A stretch of DNA of 61,443 nucleotides, filler included. It is 9 parts of 9 records of this genome, joined end to end, with 100 filler letters (N's around TTAATTAATTAA, not from the genome) between each part and the next. Parts side by side here need not be neighbours in the genome. Positions count along the whole stretch, not along the records: positions 23,108 to 29,768 come from SRR31147125_91575; positions 29,869 to 35,399 come from SRR31147125_91639; 7 more parts are not named here. One strand, given 5' to 3'. The translations under genes were made by a program, and so were the position numbers. Below the pieces are notes generated by a model. The model saw only the letters and a list, made by a program, of their open reading frames with translations. It made no database searches and was not told the DNA's origin. Below, one piece after another: positions 23,108 through 33,639 of this stretch; position 1 is the stretch's first letter, and each line of letters begins with the position of its first letter.

Positions 23108-23241
23108 GATGCGCTTTCATAATCGCGTGCCGTGTCGACGTCGGCCATATCGAGGATATCCTCGATGGTCTCAAGAATATCCGCCTCGTCATCCACCGCC
23201 AGAATGCGTTTGCCAATTAGGTGGGAGTGATCAGCTGCCAT
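23108..23241 (-). CDS. Response regulator receiver protein, 5' fragment
   Basis: KRILAVDDEADIL. Confidence 0.8.
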
Positions 23242-23339
23242 GGGTGGTTTTCCTTTCCTCTACCGTGAGCGTATCATAAGGATAAAATTTGTCGTAAAAT
23301 GCCGATATCGGGCCAACTGGCCAATTGGGGGGGCACGAT

Positions 23340-24155
23340 CTAGGCCTGGAACGTCATGGGCAACGACAAACAAAAAATCGCGCCCGGACCAGGGTTGTTG
23401 CGGACCGTTATATCCCCTCCCAGATGGCGCGCCAGGGTGCGCGCCCCGGCCAGTCCAAGGCCGTGACCGGGCCTGGACAATGTCGCGCCGCCCCCACCGC
23501 CCCCAAGTCGCGTGTAGCGCTCGAAGATCAGTTCCCGATGTTTCCGGTCGATTCCCGGGCCGTCGTCGATGACTTCGACCACCAGCTGCTCGTCCCGGCA
23601 GTGCACACCAATTTCAAGGCGCCGCGAGCGATGCTGCAGGGCATTTTTTATCAGGTTGCCCACGATCTGCCGAAATTTTGCCTCATCCTGGCACAATTGG
23701 AGTTCACCGACACCGGCTGAAAGGCTGAGGCCAATACCGTTACGGTTCAGGACAGCCGTTCGATCCGCATCCGATTCAGCGGTTTGAAGGGTTTCCCAGA
23801 GGTCGCTGCCGGTCGCTTCCAGCGCCTCCATGATCACGCCGTTTAAAGCCGCCACGGGATCGAATCGCTGGCAATGAAAACATCCGGCATCGGATCGTCC
23901 AACCTCCAGGAGGTCGCCAATCAGGCAGCGCGCCTTTTGGGAACTTTTCAGGGCCCGCTTGAGGGCCTTGGCCTGACGCTGCGTCAATGAACCGTATTTA
24001 TCCTGTTTTTCAAGGAGCATGCGAACAGCGGTTTCGGTTACCGCCATCGGATCTTTAAGTTCATGGATCAGAAATTCGACATCCAATCTGCCGAAAAAAT
24101 CGTCGGTGGCTGATATATATGCCGGATTGGTTCTTTTCTTTGATGGTTTGGTCAT
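23340..24155 (-). CDS. Cytoplasmic sensor histidine kinase (HisKA/HATPase)
   Basis: LIHELKDP, NLIKNA, DDGPGI, GHGLGL; start placed at 24155 to avoid overlapping the upstream kinase. Confidence 0.85.
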   Translation of the reverse strand: MTKPSKKRTNPAYISATDDFFGRLDVEFLIHELKDPMAVTETAVRMLLEKQDKYGSLTQRQAKALKRALKSSQKARCLIGDLLEVGRSDAGCFHCQRFDPVAALNGVIMEALEATGSDLWETLQTAESDADRTAVLNRNGIGLSLSAGVGELQLCQDEAKFRQIVGNLIKNALQHRSRRLEIGVHCRDEQLVVEVIDDGPGIDRKHRELIFERYTRLGGGGGGATLSRPGHGLGLAGARTLARHLGGDITVRNNPGPGAIFCLSLPMTFQA

Positions 24156-24180
24156 GGGTATCACGTGCACTGAACTTGGA

Positions 24181-26216
24181 TCATTTATGTTGGCTTTTAT
24201 CGTCGTTCTCTCGATCGGCAGCCCTGAACCGAATCCTGATGGTCGTGCCGCCCGATGCATAACAATCCGCCGGTTCACTGCAGTACTGGCAGCGCTGAAT
24301 GTCTCCCGGACACAGGTCGCTGTCCGTGGGAATGTAGCGGCAGCGGGTGGAACGCATTTTCGTTTCAAACCGGTAGCGTTCGGCAAAAACGGTGATGCGC
24401 AGCAAGTCGACCCCCTTGCCACCGGCATTGAAATCGTAGGGGGAGCGGGAAGCGTAGTCCGCAGTATCTCCGGGCGCAAAATAATGGTTGAAAATCAGCT
24501 GCTGCTTCTCCGCCGTGATTCCCACGCCGGTATCGCGCACCTCAAGCTCGGGCCCCGCTTCCCCGCTGCCCACCGCCACCGTCACACGCCCCTTGTCCGG
24601 GGTGTTTTCGATGGCATTTTTTAGCAGCGCCTCCAGGATTTTTTCCATCACGGCCACGGGAATCAGCACCGGCGCCACCGGCTGCAAGCGGGTCTCCAGC
24701 CGAATTCGCCGATGGGCAAAACCCGGCCGCAGGGTGTCCAGGTGCACCTTAAGCAGCCGAGTCAAAACAACCGTCGAACAAGGATCGTCGACCCTGCCGA
24801 ACTCCCTGTCGATAGTCCGCTGAATGACCGCCAGACTGCGGTTGATATCGGGCACCGCCTCAAACAGGGAAACAAGCATATCGCGGCTGGCGGCCAGCAA
24901 AAAAGAGAGGATACCGTGGGCTCGATAATGCTGTCCCCGAAGCATGTCACTAATTTCGTACTGCATGTCCAGCAGGCGGTTGAGATTGCGATGCATGCGC
25001 TCCATGACCCGGTCAATCGCCTTGTCCCACCCGCTGGCGAAGCGTTTTCGAGCAGTCCCAAAGAGGCGGAAAGCACCGCTAACGGCGTCTTGAGTTCATG
25101 GGAAAGGTGGTTGATCACCTGTTCCTTGGCCTGATCGAGCCGGCGCACATTCTCAAAGGACGCTTGGAGGGCCTGGTTGATGCGTGCATTTTCAATGGGC
25201 AGGGCCACCACGTTGGCCACGGCACTCAGCAGATCCACATCTGCCTCGTCGAACACCCCTTCCTGTTTGTTGACGGCGCATAAAACACCGATCACCCGCT
25301 CCTGGTGGCGAAGCGGCACATCCAATATGTTCTGGTGCTGATAGCTGGCGTCCGTGTCGACCTGTTCGTAAAAATACTGGCTGGTTGCCGTATCATGCAC
25401 AATCAAGGGTTTTCCGGTTTGATAGACGCGGCCGGCAACCCCCTTGTCCACGGGAAAACGGACCTCCTGCATGCGGGTACCCGTCGTGCCGTCCATGTAG
25501 GAGGCCGCCGGGATGTAGAACTCGCCCCTGGATTCATCGACGAGCAGAACCGTTGCGCCGTCGGCCTTGATCAGCTCCTGAACCTTGCGCGTGATGTAAG
25601 CCAGCATGGGATCCAACTGCCGGAAGCGATGCAGGGCCCGGGCAATTTGAAACAATGCTTGGTTGGTCTGTTCGGCGCGTTTACGCGCCGTGATGTCTCT
25701 TAGAATGATGACCTGTCCGGCGGGCCGGCCGTGGTCATCGAAAAATACCGCCCCGTCCACCTTGACGTCCAGAATCCGGCCATCCTTGGTGAGTCGCCGG
25801 GACTCGTAACCGTGAAGTACTTTTTCGGTAAACAGCTGTTTCACACCGGCCCGCGTGGGCGACATCTCGCTATCGGGGATAAAGGGGATACGGCGACCGT
25901 CGAGTTCGTCCAAGGTCCAACCGAAAACCTTTTCAAAAGCGGGGTTGAGGTAGGATACCGTGCTGTCCAGGTTGCCGACGAATACCGGTTCGGGAAGAAA
26001 TTCCAGGAACGCCCGGTGGCGCTGCTCGGCCTGGATGCGGGCCTGGTAACGTTCGATGGCGCATTCCGGTGGCGCCTCCGCGTTGTGAGGGTCGGCAGCG
26101 GTCTCGTTCACATCCCGGGCCGGCCCCTGGAAACCGTCTTTTCCCTTCGAATCGTCGCCGCCAAGGGTATTGGCGAACTCTTTGCTGGACGCACGATCGG
26201 CCCTGGACATAGGCAT
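24181..26216 (-). CDS. PAS-GAF histidine kinase; frameshift at 25045-25048
   Basis: PAS (NPAFEKVFGW...RDITARK), GAF (GVAGRV...AVNK...FD), SHELKTPL; continues in the 24181-25005 frame (KNAIENT, DTGVGI, GKGVDL). Confidence 0.88.
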
Positions 26217-26295
26217 CAGTCACTCTATCGGCAGCCGGTGGATAGTGTTCAACCAGAAACAGGAAAACGGATGGTCACTAAACGGCGACCTCGGC

Positions 26296-26325
26296 TTGAC
26301 ATTTTATCATAAGTATTGCTACTTT
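26296..26325 (+). promoter_or_regulatory. Putative sigma70 promoter
   Basis: TTGACA at 26296-26301; TG-C-TACTTT extended -10. Confidence 0.35.
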
Positions 26326-26384
26326 TATCAGGATATTATTAGAAATTGAAAGGATTGTGTCAAGACTTATCAAAAGGAGCTGCC

Positions 26385-26729
26385 ATGAAGCTTGGAATCC
26401 TATGGACGGTTCTTTGCCTGGGGTGGGTCCTGCCCGCCACCTCGGCAGCGCTGACCACGGAAGAAATCCTGCTGCTAAAACAAAACGGGGTTTCCGAGAC
26501 AACCATCCAGATGATGCTGCAAAGCGAAATAGAGGCCCGGCGCCAGAGCGCAAAAGACAATCAGATGGGAGTCAAAACCATCATCCGCTCCAATGGTCAG
26601 CCGGCGATCGTCTATTCCACGGGCAGTGACGATCATGACCGACACAGAGCCGAGGAGCGCCTGAAGGAGGAGAGGGCCTGGGAGATGCTGCGCCACATCA
26701 TCGTGGACACACGGGAATCGGGAGATTGA
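26385..26729 (+). CDS. Small secreted hypothetical protein
   Basis: AAGGAG RBS, signal peptide, LTTEEILLLKQNGVSETTI. Confidence 0.7.
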   Translation: MKLGILWTVLCLGWVLPATSAALTTEEILLLKQNGVSETTIQMMLQSEIEARRQSAKDNQMGVKTIIRSNGQPAIVYSTGSDDHDRHRAEERLKEERAWEMLRHIIVDTRESGD

Positions 26730-26964
26730 GAGGAAAGGCGATGGGCAGTAGGCCACCATGCTGAACACTGCGACGATGATGATTCAACGCGATCTACCCG
26801 GAGGGTCGGCAATATGGACCGCCGTCCAAACCATTTGTCCAGGGTGGATCACGCTCCCCTCCGCATGCTCGCCCATGGCAAAGACTTAATTGCAATTTTC
26901 GTAAAATTACGGCAATAAGGGAATAATTATACCTTAGTACCGTCACGGAAATAGCGTAAAATAC

Positions 26965-28059
26965 ATGAGAAACCCATTTTCCTTCACAGCGGTCGTGGAC
27001 GATCCCGCGTTTTGTAACCGTGAGGCCGAACAAACCGAGCTGCTTCGCCTCATCGAATCATCCCAAAACGTGCTGCTGTACTCGCACCGCCGATTTGGCA
27101 AGACCTCGCTTATCCTGAAAGTTTTTAAACAGCTTGAAGGGATCACGCCCATTTACATCGATCTGTACGGAACAACCAGCATTCAGGATTTCATCAGAGC
27201 TGCGCTAACCGGTATCGGTGCCGCAGAATCAAAGCCCACCCGCCTGATGAAGCTGATTCGTGAGACGATCACCAGCTTCACGGCGTCCTTCAGCCTGGAT
27301 CCGGTAACAGGCCTGCCCACGGTGTCGCCGCAACTGGCGCCTGACATGAAAGAGGCGCCCCTGGCGGACGTTTTCCGACTGGCCCGGGCAGTATCCAACC
27401 AGAAGAAAATGGTCATTGCTTTTGACGAGTTTCAGGAGGTCGGCCGGTATGGCGGTGACAGTTTCGAAAAACAGCTGCGCAAGCATATCCAGCAACACCA
27501 AAAGGTCGCCTACATCTTCTCGGGAAGCCAGAAGCACTTGGTCATGGAAATGTTCAACAATTCGAAACGGGCATTTTACCGGCAGGCCGCGAGCTTTCCT
27601 TTGGAAAAGATTCCTGCCGATGCCTATGTGGAGTGGCTTGAAGATCTCTACGGTATGGATAACCGAACCATCGACCCCACGATGCTTTTTCATGTGGTCC
27701 ACCGTTGTGACAGGCATCCGGCCTACATCCAGGAATTCTTTAATCACTTGTGGGATCAAGGGGAGGTATCTATCGGCAGGATCGACCAGGTGGAGCGCCG
27801 GATCATCCGGTCCCGCATGGCCGAATTCACCTATGCCTGGGATTCATTGACCCTGAATCAGCGCCGGGCGTTGAAGTTGATTGCCGCCACTGGTGGAAAA
27901 TCTATTTATTCCGTAAGCAACCTGGCCAAATTTGGGTTTAAGACGCCATCTCAAGCCACGACGGCGATCGAAAAACTAATCGAAAGGGAATTCGTGGTCA
28001 AGAACGGCGTCTATCATATCCAAGACCCAATTTTCAAGAGATGGCTAATCCTCCAATAA
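26965..28059 (+). CDS. Archaeal-ATPase-family (ATPase_2-like) P-loop protein with C-terminal winged helix
   Basis: NPF...FCNREAE, Walker A SHRRFGKTS, Walker B IAFDEFQ, FSGS, DPIFKRW. Confidence 0.85.
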   Translation: MRNPFSFTAVVDDPAFCNREAEQTELLRLIESSQNVLLYSHRRFGKTSLILKVFKQLEGITPIYIDLYGTTSIQDFIRAALTGIGAAESKPTRLMKLIRETITSFTASFSLDPVTGLPTVSPQLAPDMKEAPLADVFRLARAVSNQKKMVIAFDEFQEVGRYGGDSFEKQLRKHIQQHQKVAYIFSGSQKHLVMEMFNNSKRAFYRQAASFPLEKIPADAYVEWLEDLYGMDNRTIDPTMLFHVVHRCDRHPAYIQEFFNHLWDQGEVSIGRIDQVERRIIRSRMAEFTYAWDSLTLNQRRALKLIAATGGKSIYSVSNLAKFGFKTPSQATTAIEKLIEREFVVKNGVYHIQDPIFKRWLILQ

Positions 28060-28532
28060 GATGGGTGATGTTAACAATGCTGGAGGCTAACAATGGAAAG
28101 GTTGTTTTGTGTTTCCGAATACGAGAACAGACGATTGTCTATGTTGTAAAATAGTTTGGTTTTGTATCACCTGTTGAACCGATATAATTTTTGCAAGGCT
28201 TTTAGTCATAGTTCGTTGTGAACCTCAATTAGAACGCCGTCGTTGTGGGCTCGGTCAAACAGCGAGGCGATGCTATCAAGGCCCGCCATTTCATAATAAG
28301 GAAAAAGTGTAGGCGCCAATATCCAGTGATTTTTTGCATAATGATAGAGACGCTAAACGTTAAATCGTCAATTTTCCACGCATTTTTATGGCAATTAAGA
28401 ATTATTCTGAATTGAATTCAGAATTTTGCCAATTGTGGGCTTTGCCGATAAAACGTATTTTAGCTTAAATCATTATTGAAATTCATCTGCTGTAGAATAC
28501 GAGCATTACCTTAAAAACGATGAGTGGATTAA

Positions 28533-28874
28533 ATGCCCGACATGGCAGCGCAAAAAACAATTAAACGGTTTTTCCTGAACCATCCTGGTGAGACGGCAAT
28601 TACTTGCCGACCATACGGTAGCAATAGTGCGTTGCCGATATCGGACGGCGTCATGCGTAGTTTTTCAAGTGATGGATTGTATATCGAAACACCCAATAAA
28701 TATAAATCAGGAACCATTCTTATTGTTCGGGTTGACCGATATCCATCTTTGCCAACCGCCTTGGCTAAATCAGAGCACCCTCGATCCATTTGCCTCGCTG
28801 AAGTTAAATGGCAACGAGAGTTGGTTGTTGAAAATGGAATTCGCTTTGGCATGGGGCTTCAATATCTCTATTGA
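28533..28874 (+). CDS. PilZ-like domain protein
   Basis: KRF, SFSSDGLYIE, AEVKW...FGMGLQY. Confidence 0.6.
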   Translation: MPDMAAQKTIKRFFLNHPGETAITCRPYGSNSALPISDGVMRSFSSDGLYIETPNKYKSGTILIVRVDRYPSLPTALAKSEHPRSICLAEVKWQRELVVENGIRFGMGLQYLY

Positions 28875-29003
28875 TTCTTTGGTTCCCCAATCAGGACACG
28901 CTCGTCTTTTTCGTTTGTTAGTGGGGCATGCCTGTCAGACTGAATCTAAGCCTCTACAAATGAATATATGAAAACAATCGATGAGATCTCGAGGTGATCA
29001 AAG

Positions 29004-29402
29004 ATGTCGCCCAATCCGCAAATCAACAGCATCCCTGCAAAGTCCATCTTAATCGTTGAAGACAACAACATGTTGCTTGAATTACTCACCAAAGGTTTTG
29101 AAATGTTCGGCATGGATGTATTCACGGCGGATAACGGTCTCGATGGATGGCATCTTTTCAAAAGCGATCACATAGATGTTGTCCTGACCGATATTTGCAT
29201 GCCAGGGATAGATGGGATCGAACTTTCTCGACGGATACGGAAGGCGTCACCAAATACCACGATTGCCTTGATGACCGGTGCAGAACCCTGTACGGCCAGA
29301 AAGCTTTTAGCAGATGGCATAGTAAATCACCTGTTCCTCAAGCCCTTCCCTTTAAATTCTGTCTGTAAATCTTTAGCTTCCGAAACAGAGAAGGCCGGAT
29401 AA
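29004..29402 (+). CDS. Stand-alone response regulator receiver
   Basis: ILIVEDN, LTDICMPGIDG, MTG, KPF. Confidence 0.88.
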   Translation: MSPNPQINSIPAKSILIVEDNNMLLELLTKGFEMFGMDVFTADNGLDGWHLFKSDHIDVVLTDICMPGIDGIELSRRIRKASPNTTIALMTGAEPCTARKLLADGIVNHLFLKPFPLNSVCKSLASETEKAG

Positions 29403-29435
29403 TTTGCCACACCAACTGCTGTATTCATAGCTCGG

Positions 29436-29477
29436 CATTTAGGCCGCCACCCGCTGCAGGGGGTGGCGGCCTAAATG
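29436..29477. terminator. 17-bp perfect GC-rich hairpin between convergent units
   Basis: CATTTAGGCCGCCACCC-8nt-GGGTGGCGGCCTAAATG. Confidence 0.6.
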
Positions 29478-29647
29478 GCATCGGAGTATTTCTTCCCGAT
29501 GCTCTATGCCTTAGCAATCGGTTCACCAAGGCTCCAACACGCAGTATCTGGCTGCGAAAGGATAATTGGTTTTGCCTTTTTAAAATCCAACTTACCATCT
29601 TTCAGATATCTCTCTTCTGTGTATGTGCCAAAGATCTCGCCGATGAA
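29471..29647 (-). pseudogene. Flavin reductase/flavoredoxin C-terminal remnant with internal stop
   Basis: FIGEIFGTYTEERYLKDGKLDFKKAKPIILSQPD...WSLGEPIAKA*SIGKK; TAG at 29504-29506 where Trp is expected. Confidence 0.6.
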
Positions 29648-29768
29648 TGCAACCCGCCCGTTGTTCATTGACCTCAGTATAGCGGCAACCTGAGGTGAGG
29701 CAAATGAAGTACCAGTCGTCAGGCTCGGCCGGTGACTGTTTCGCAGACCGGTCAGTGGAATACGCTAC

Positions 29769-29868
29769 NNNNNNNNNNNNNNNNNNNNNNNNNNNNNNNN
29801 NNNNNNNNNNNNTTAATTAATTAANNNNNNNNNNNNNNNNNNNNNNNNNNNNNNNNNNNNNNNNNNNN
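29769..29868. other. Artificial contig linker
   Basis: N44-TTAATTAATTAA-N44. Confidence 0.99.
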
Positions 29869-29898
29869 CTGGTTCTGGTTCTGGTTCTGGTTCTGGTT
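29869..29898. repeat. (CTGGTT)5 microsatellite at contig end
   Basis: Five exact hexamer copies. Confidence 0.95.
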
Positions 29899-29940
29899 AT
29901 GTAACGAAGAGTCAGAAACCATCCTCCTCCTCCTTTCCTC

Positions 29941-32900
29941 TCAACATACGATGCCTTGAACAAGGGTATCACCCACTCGTCTTAAAACCTCTAGCATCTC
30001 TTTCTACGAACGTGATGGTAAGAAAGGCACAAGAGGATCGATCTCACACACCTGGGTTTTGTTGTGACCATCTTCCAGAGGTGATGAGTTCCCAGAAGTG
30101 TTCTTCTGTCGCTTTTTGCATCGCTTCTTCTGTAATCGTCGTTTCCTTCGTCGACACAAACACAAAGTTATCTTTCCAAGACAACAGAGAAGGATGGCTG
30201 CGGGGACTGCAACGACAAGGGAAGTAGAAAGAAAGGCTCCCTGCAGCACACATGGGGTCACGATAAGAGCAGGCGACAATAAGTGGATAGATGAGCTACC
30301 ATGAACGTAGGTTCCGTATCGTGAAGACCCGTGTAGTTATTCCCTTGTACTTGACTTCCACACCACACGAATTCTTCTTCAAGATAACTGATGTCTTGTT
30401 CGGGGTCCGTTGCCCATCCTTCCTCACACACACACCTACCAGAGCAGAGTGGATCAATTCTCACCTCCATCACCATCATCACGTACTGTAAGTCCTCTTG
30501 ACTCATTGTTCCATGCCCCGAGCAGTTTTTCTGTATCCAACAAATCACGTACAGCGGTTTCTCACATTCGACCCGCACACACCAATGACTCCTTCCAGGT
30601 ATCAACAACATCAGAAGAAACACCCGTTGTGTTTTCACGATCCGCATCTCCACACGTAGAACACGTGGGTTCAATGATGGGAGGAGGGAAGTTGAAGGGG
30701 AGGCGTCCGTGCGACACTCATTTAGCTGATCGTCATACCAAGTCTGCCATTACACAAAAGGTGAAAAACGGAAGGATGATTTGACCCAAACATACTCCTT
30801 CGGAACAGACGGGCACTCCTTCGCACATACCCCTAGCAGCCTGCAGTGCAAGAATAAGCGATACATCACTCAGTCATCCAGCGCACATTGTAGATGCTCT
30901 TCTCGCCCGCGTATTTCGTGAAACAGTTGGCATTATCTCCCCTGCACACCTTACTCTCCGAGTCATACCACTGGTACCGATGGTGGTGAGGGGGAAGGAG
31001 CGGTCGTGGGTTAATGAATCCATCACACCTGATCTTTTGTGCATGGAGGTTGGCAAAATCGTTGGCTACCTCGAATCACAACCGTATTGGGGGGATCACA
31101 TGTCGGATTCTCCCCTAATGCGTACACGTAGGTCAGTGTGGCTGGGACGAGTTTCTTCGCTACAACGGTACCATTGATCTCCGATTCTCCCGGTCCCCCT
31201 TGGTACGTTTCAGGTGTTGTATCAAAGTCTGTACGAATCGATGCATCAATTTTTCCGTGTTGCTTCACATCAAAGAGACAGAATCCGGTTCTATCCAAGA
31301 AATTCTTGCACATTCTCGTGTGAGTGGGTGTGAAGGCACTACCCACCCCGACACCCTGTGCACCGTGGACTTGATTGAGAAGTAGAACCGTTTCGTACTC
31401 AGGATCGAAACCGAATTCGAGACAGGAGGTGAGATGTACAAACTCTGAAAGGGGGCTGTGTGGGTCACACTCAACAACAAGAAACGTTTCGTACTGAGCA
31501 GTCATATGAACTACTTGTTTTGTCTTGCAAACAGCATGACGTGGGTTCAACGGTGAAGATCCCCGTGAAGTTTCCAACATTGGCTACATCAACATCTGCA
31601 TCGCCGTCTTACAATCCGAGACTGCTGTGTACGCTTCACCCAATTCGCACAGAGTACTCCTTCTGTAGTGTCTGGGACCAAGGGAAGGATACCGGAATCC
31701 TGGCATTGCACTGGGTGAGAAGTCTGGAATCGGTCGTAATTCATGAATAAACGAACAAGCACATGTGGGATCCCGAAGATCTTCATGATACGGAAGTACG
31801 AAGCGTCCAGTTCCAAGATACACGAGCTAATTCTCTGTTTCCAATTTGAGAGGAGAGAAATTCGTTTGAGAGAGAGGTGCTGGGAGTACCTTGTTGGGGC
31901 CCACGTGTGATTCACTTCCGTCTTCGTTTTCACAACGAATCACCTGCCGCACACACTCCATTATGGTAGACTCATGCATACATAGGCATACCTGACGTTC
32001 CCAGCTAATGCTACTCGATTCTGGTGCGATATAGCAACGTCCAATGCCCGGTTGTTCCCTTCTTAATAATTCACACCATGTTGATGCAAGTGTGTTGCCT
32101 CGAAACTCGGAGAACTGATCCCAGCTGTGTAAGGTGTCAAGGAATGCATAACTGCCGATTCCATTTCTCATAGTAGTAAGATACGGACTCCCGCCATCCA
32201 CTCGGATGTATGTGCCATACGGCACCTGACAGTACGTAACTGATGGTGCATTGGTGTCAGAAAGAGGATCCATCACACTTCACCCTCGCAACACACGAGA
32301 AAGGAACATGTCCTCTGTGATCCCAATCTTCATGATTCCCGGGCCTACCTCCTCGGCGGGTACGAGAAATCCTTCATCCTCTTCCACTCCTTGCTGCACA
32401 GCAACGTAGTTCGCATCTTATATATCATGAGAACTTGTTTGATGCCTTGATACGTTCGTTACACACCTACACCCAAACGCCATTCTTCCGTGGATGTTTG
32501 CATTGTCAAGTACGCCTGGAAATGATTGGGAAATCTCTTCTCCCCTCCAGCTGCAAAGTACTTACCGTCATCCCTGGAAGGGATGCCTCGTGTACAATGT
32601 CGTTCAGGGCCACATCACGAACGGTAGATCCCTGTACCGCCGTCACAACCAGATCGAACTGTACAAGTGGGGGAGTGTCGCAACGATTGGCACCGTGTTG
32701 TTTCTCACATGCCTTACCTTTGCAGTCATCTTCCAGATCGAATGCAGATCGTAGATTGTCTCATTGTGTCGTAGTTGACGCCATTCTTTCATTCTACCAC
32801 TCCGCAAGTCAGATGAAACACACAGACACATAGCAACGAACCCGGTGTGAGGGTTCAAACAACATACAGCATCCGCGGGGCACAGATGCTGGTACACGCT

Positions 32901-33474
32901 GTGAAATAGTTTGCATTTCAGACAAGGCAGACAAGGATCCAAGAAGATGCACTACGTACGCGGTCACCGATTCGTAGGCATTCTGTACCGTCCCCTCGTA
33001 ATGAAGGGAAACTTCTGTGTTGAGCAGTGGTGTAAAACGGTTCAACGACCGTATTCGTACCGGCATACCCCAGCGTGGATTCTCTGTGGTCACTGAGATG
33101 ATCAAGTCCTCTTCAGGGGCCCACACACCACCATCCTCGTCTGTGAGTAGGGAATCTGCGAGTTTCTTCTCAATTCCAGTTGTTGCTGTTTTCCTTTCGC
33201 TCACCTGCAGAGATGCGTGTGACGAGGGCCCAGTTATCTGCTTCGGTATTCTGAAAGAACCATGCCATTAACCTGGGGGTGCATTGGTCGTCGGGGCTAC
33301 CAAAGAGGTGGATAGAGTGAGGCTGGAGGGTGGTTGACCGAATACGCACTCCTCTCACCTCCCCGATAAGTCACACGCTTCCACGTTTGCCACAAAGACG
33401 AGTGTGGTCGTAGGAACGAATCGGCATGCAAGAAGAAGAAGAAGAAGAAGGAGCACGCGAAAGGATATCCACAT
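29941..33474 (-). CDS. HAP2: Multi-exon eukaryotic gene: divergent HAP2/GCS1-like class II fusogen (fusexin)
   Basis: Manual splicing of GT-AG introns (e.g. 33297-33358, 33156-33204, 33015-33068, 32899-32959) gives, in HAP2 order: signal peptide; VEACDLSGSPDDQCTPRL; IISVTTENPRWEVSLHYEGTVQNAYE; TGFVAMCLC..DLR; LRHNETIYDLHSI; KIGITEDMF (KIG at 32322-32330); YCQVPYG; ILELDASYF; DVDVANVGNFTGIFTV; FCLFDVK..DFDTT; EGF-like CSGHG..CVCEEGW; TM LVVAVPAAILLCCL; basic tail; stop at 29941-29943. Confidence 0.72.
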
Positions 33475-33639
33475 CCTTGACAAACCCCACGGGCGAGAAT
33501 TCAAAAAGAGAGAGAAAGAGGAAGAGAGGGAGAGAGAAAGGCGCCTAGGACTATTCTGTGGATGATGGAGTGTATTAGCGGTAAGTTGTCGGTCGTTGTC
33601 CGGTGGGATCAACCAACCAATCACAGGGAATGGTTTCGT

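Noticed and set aside
29869-29898. (CTGGTT)n as a telomere
   Set aside because: Not a telomeric unit I recognise; only 42 nt from the predicted stop; a microsatellite explains the contig break
31575-31610. DGDADVD as an FG-GAP/integrin calcium-binding repeat
   Set aside because: Single occurrence, better explained as a HAP2 domain III strand
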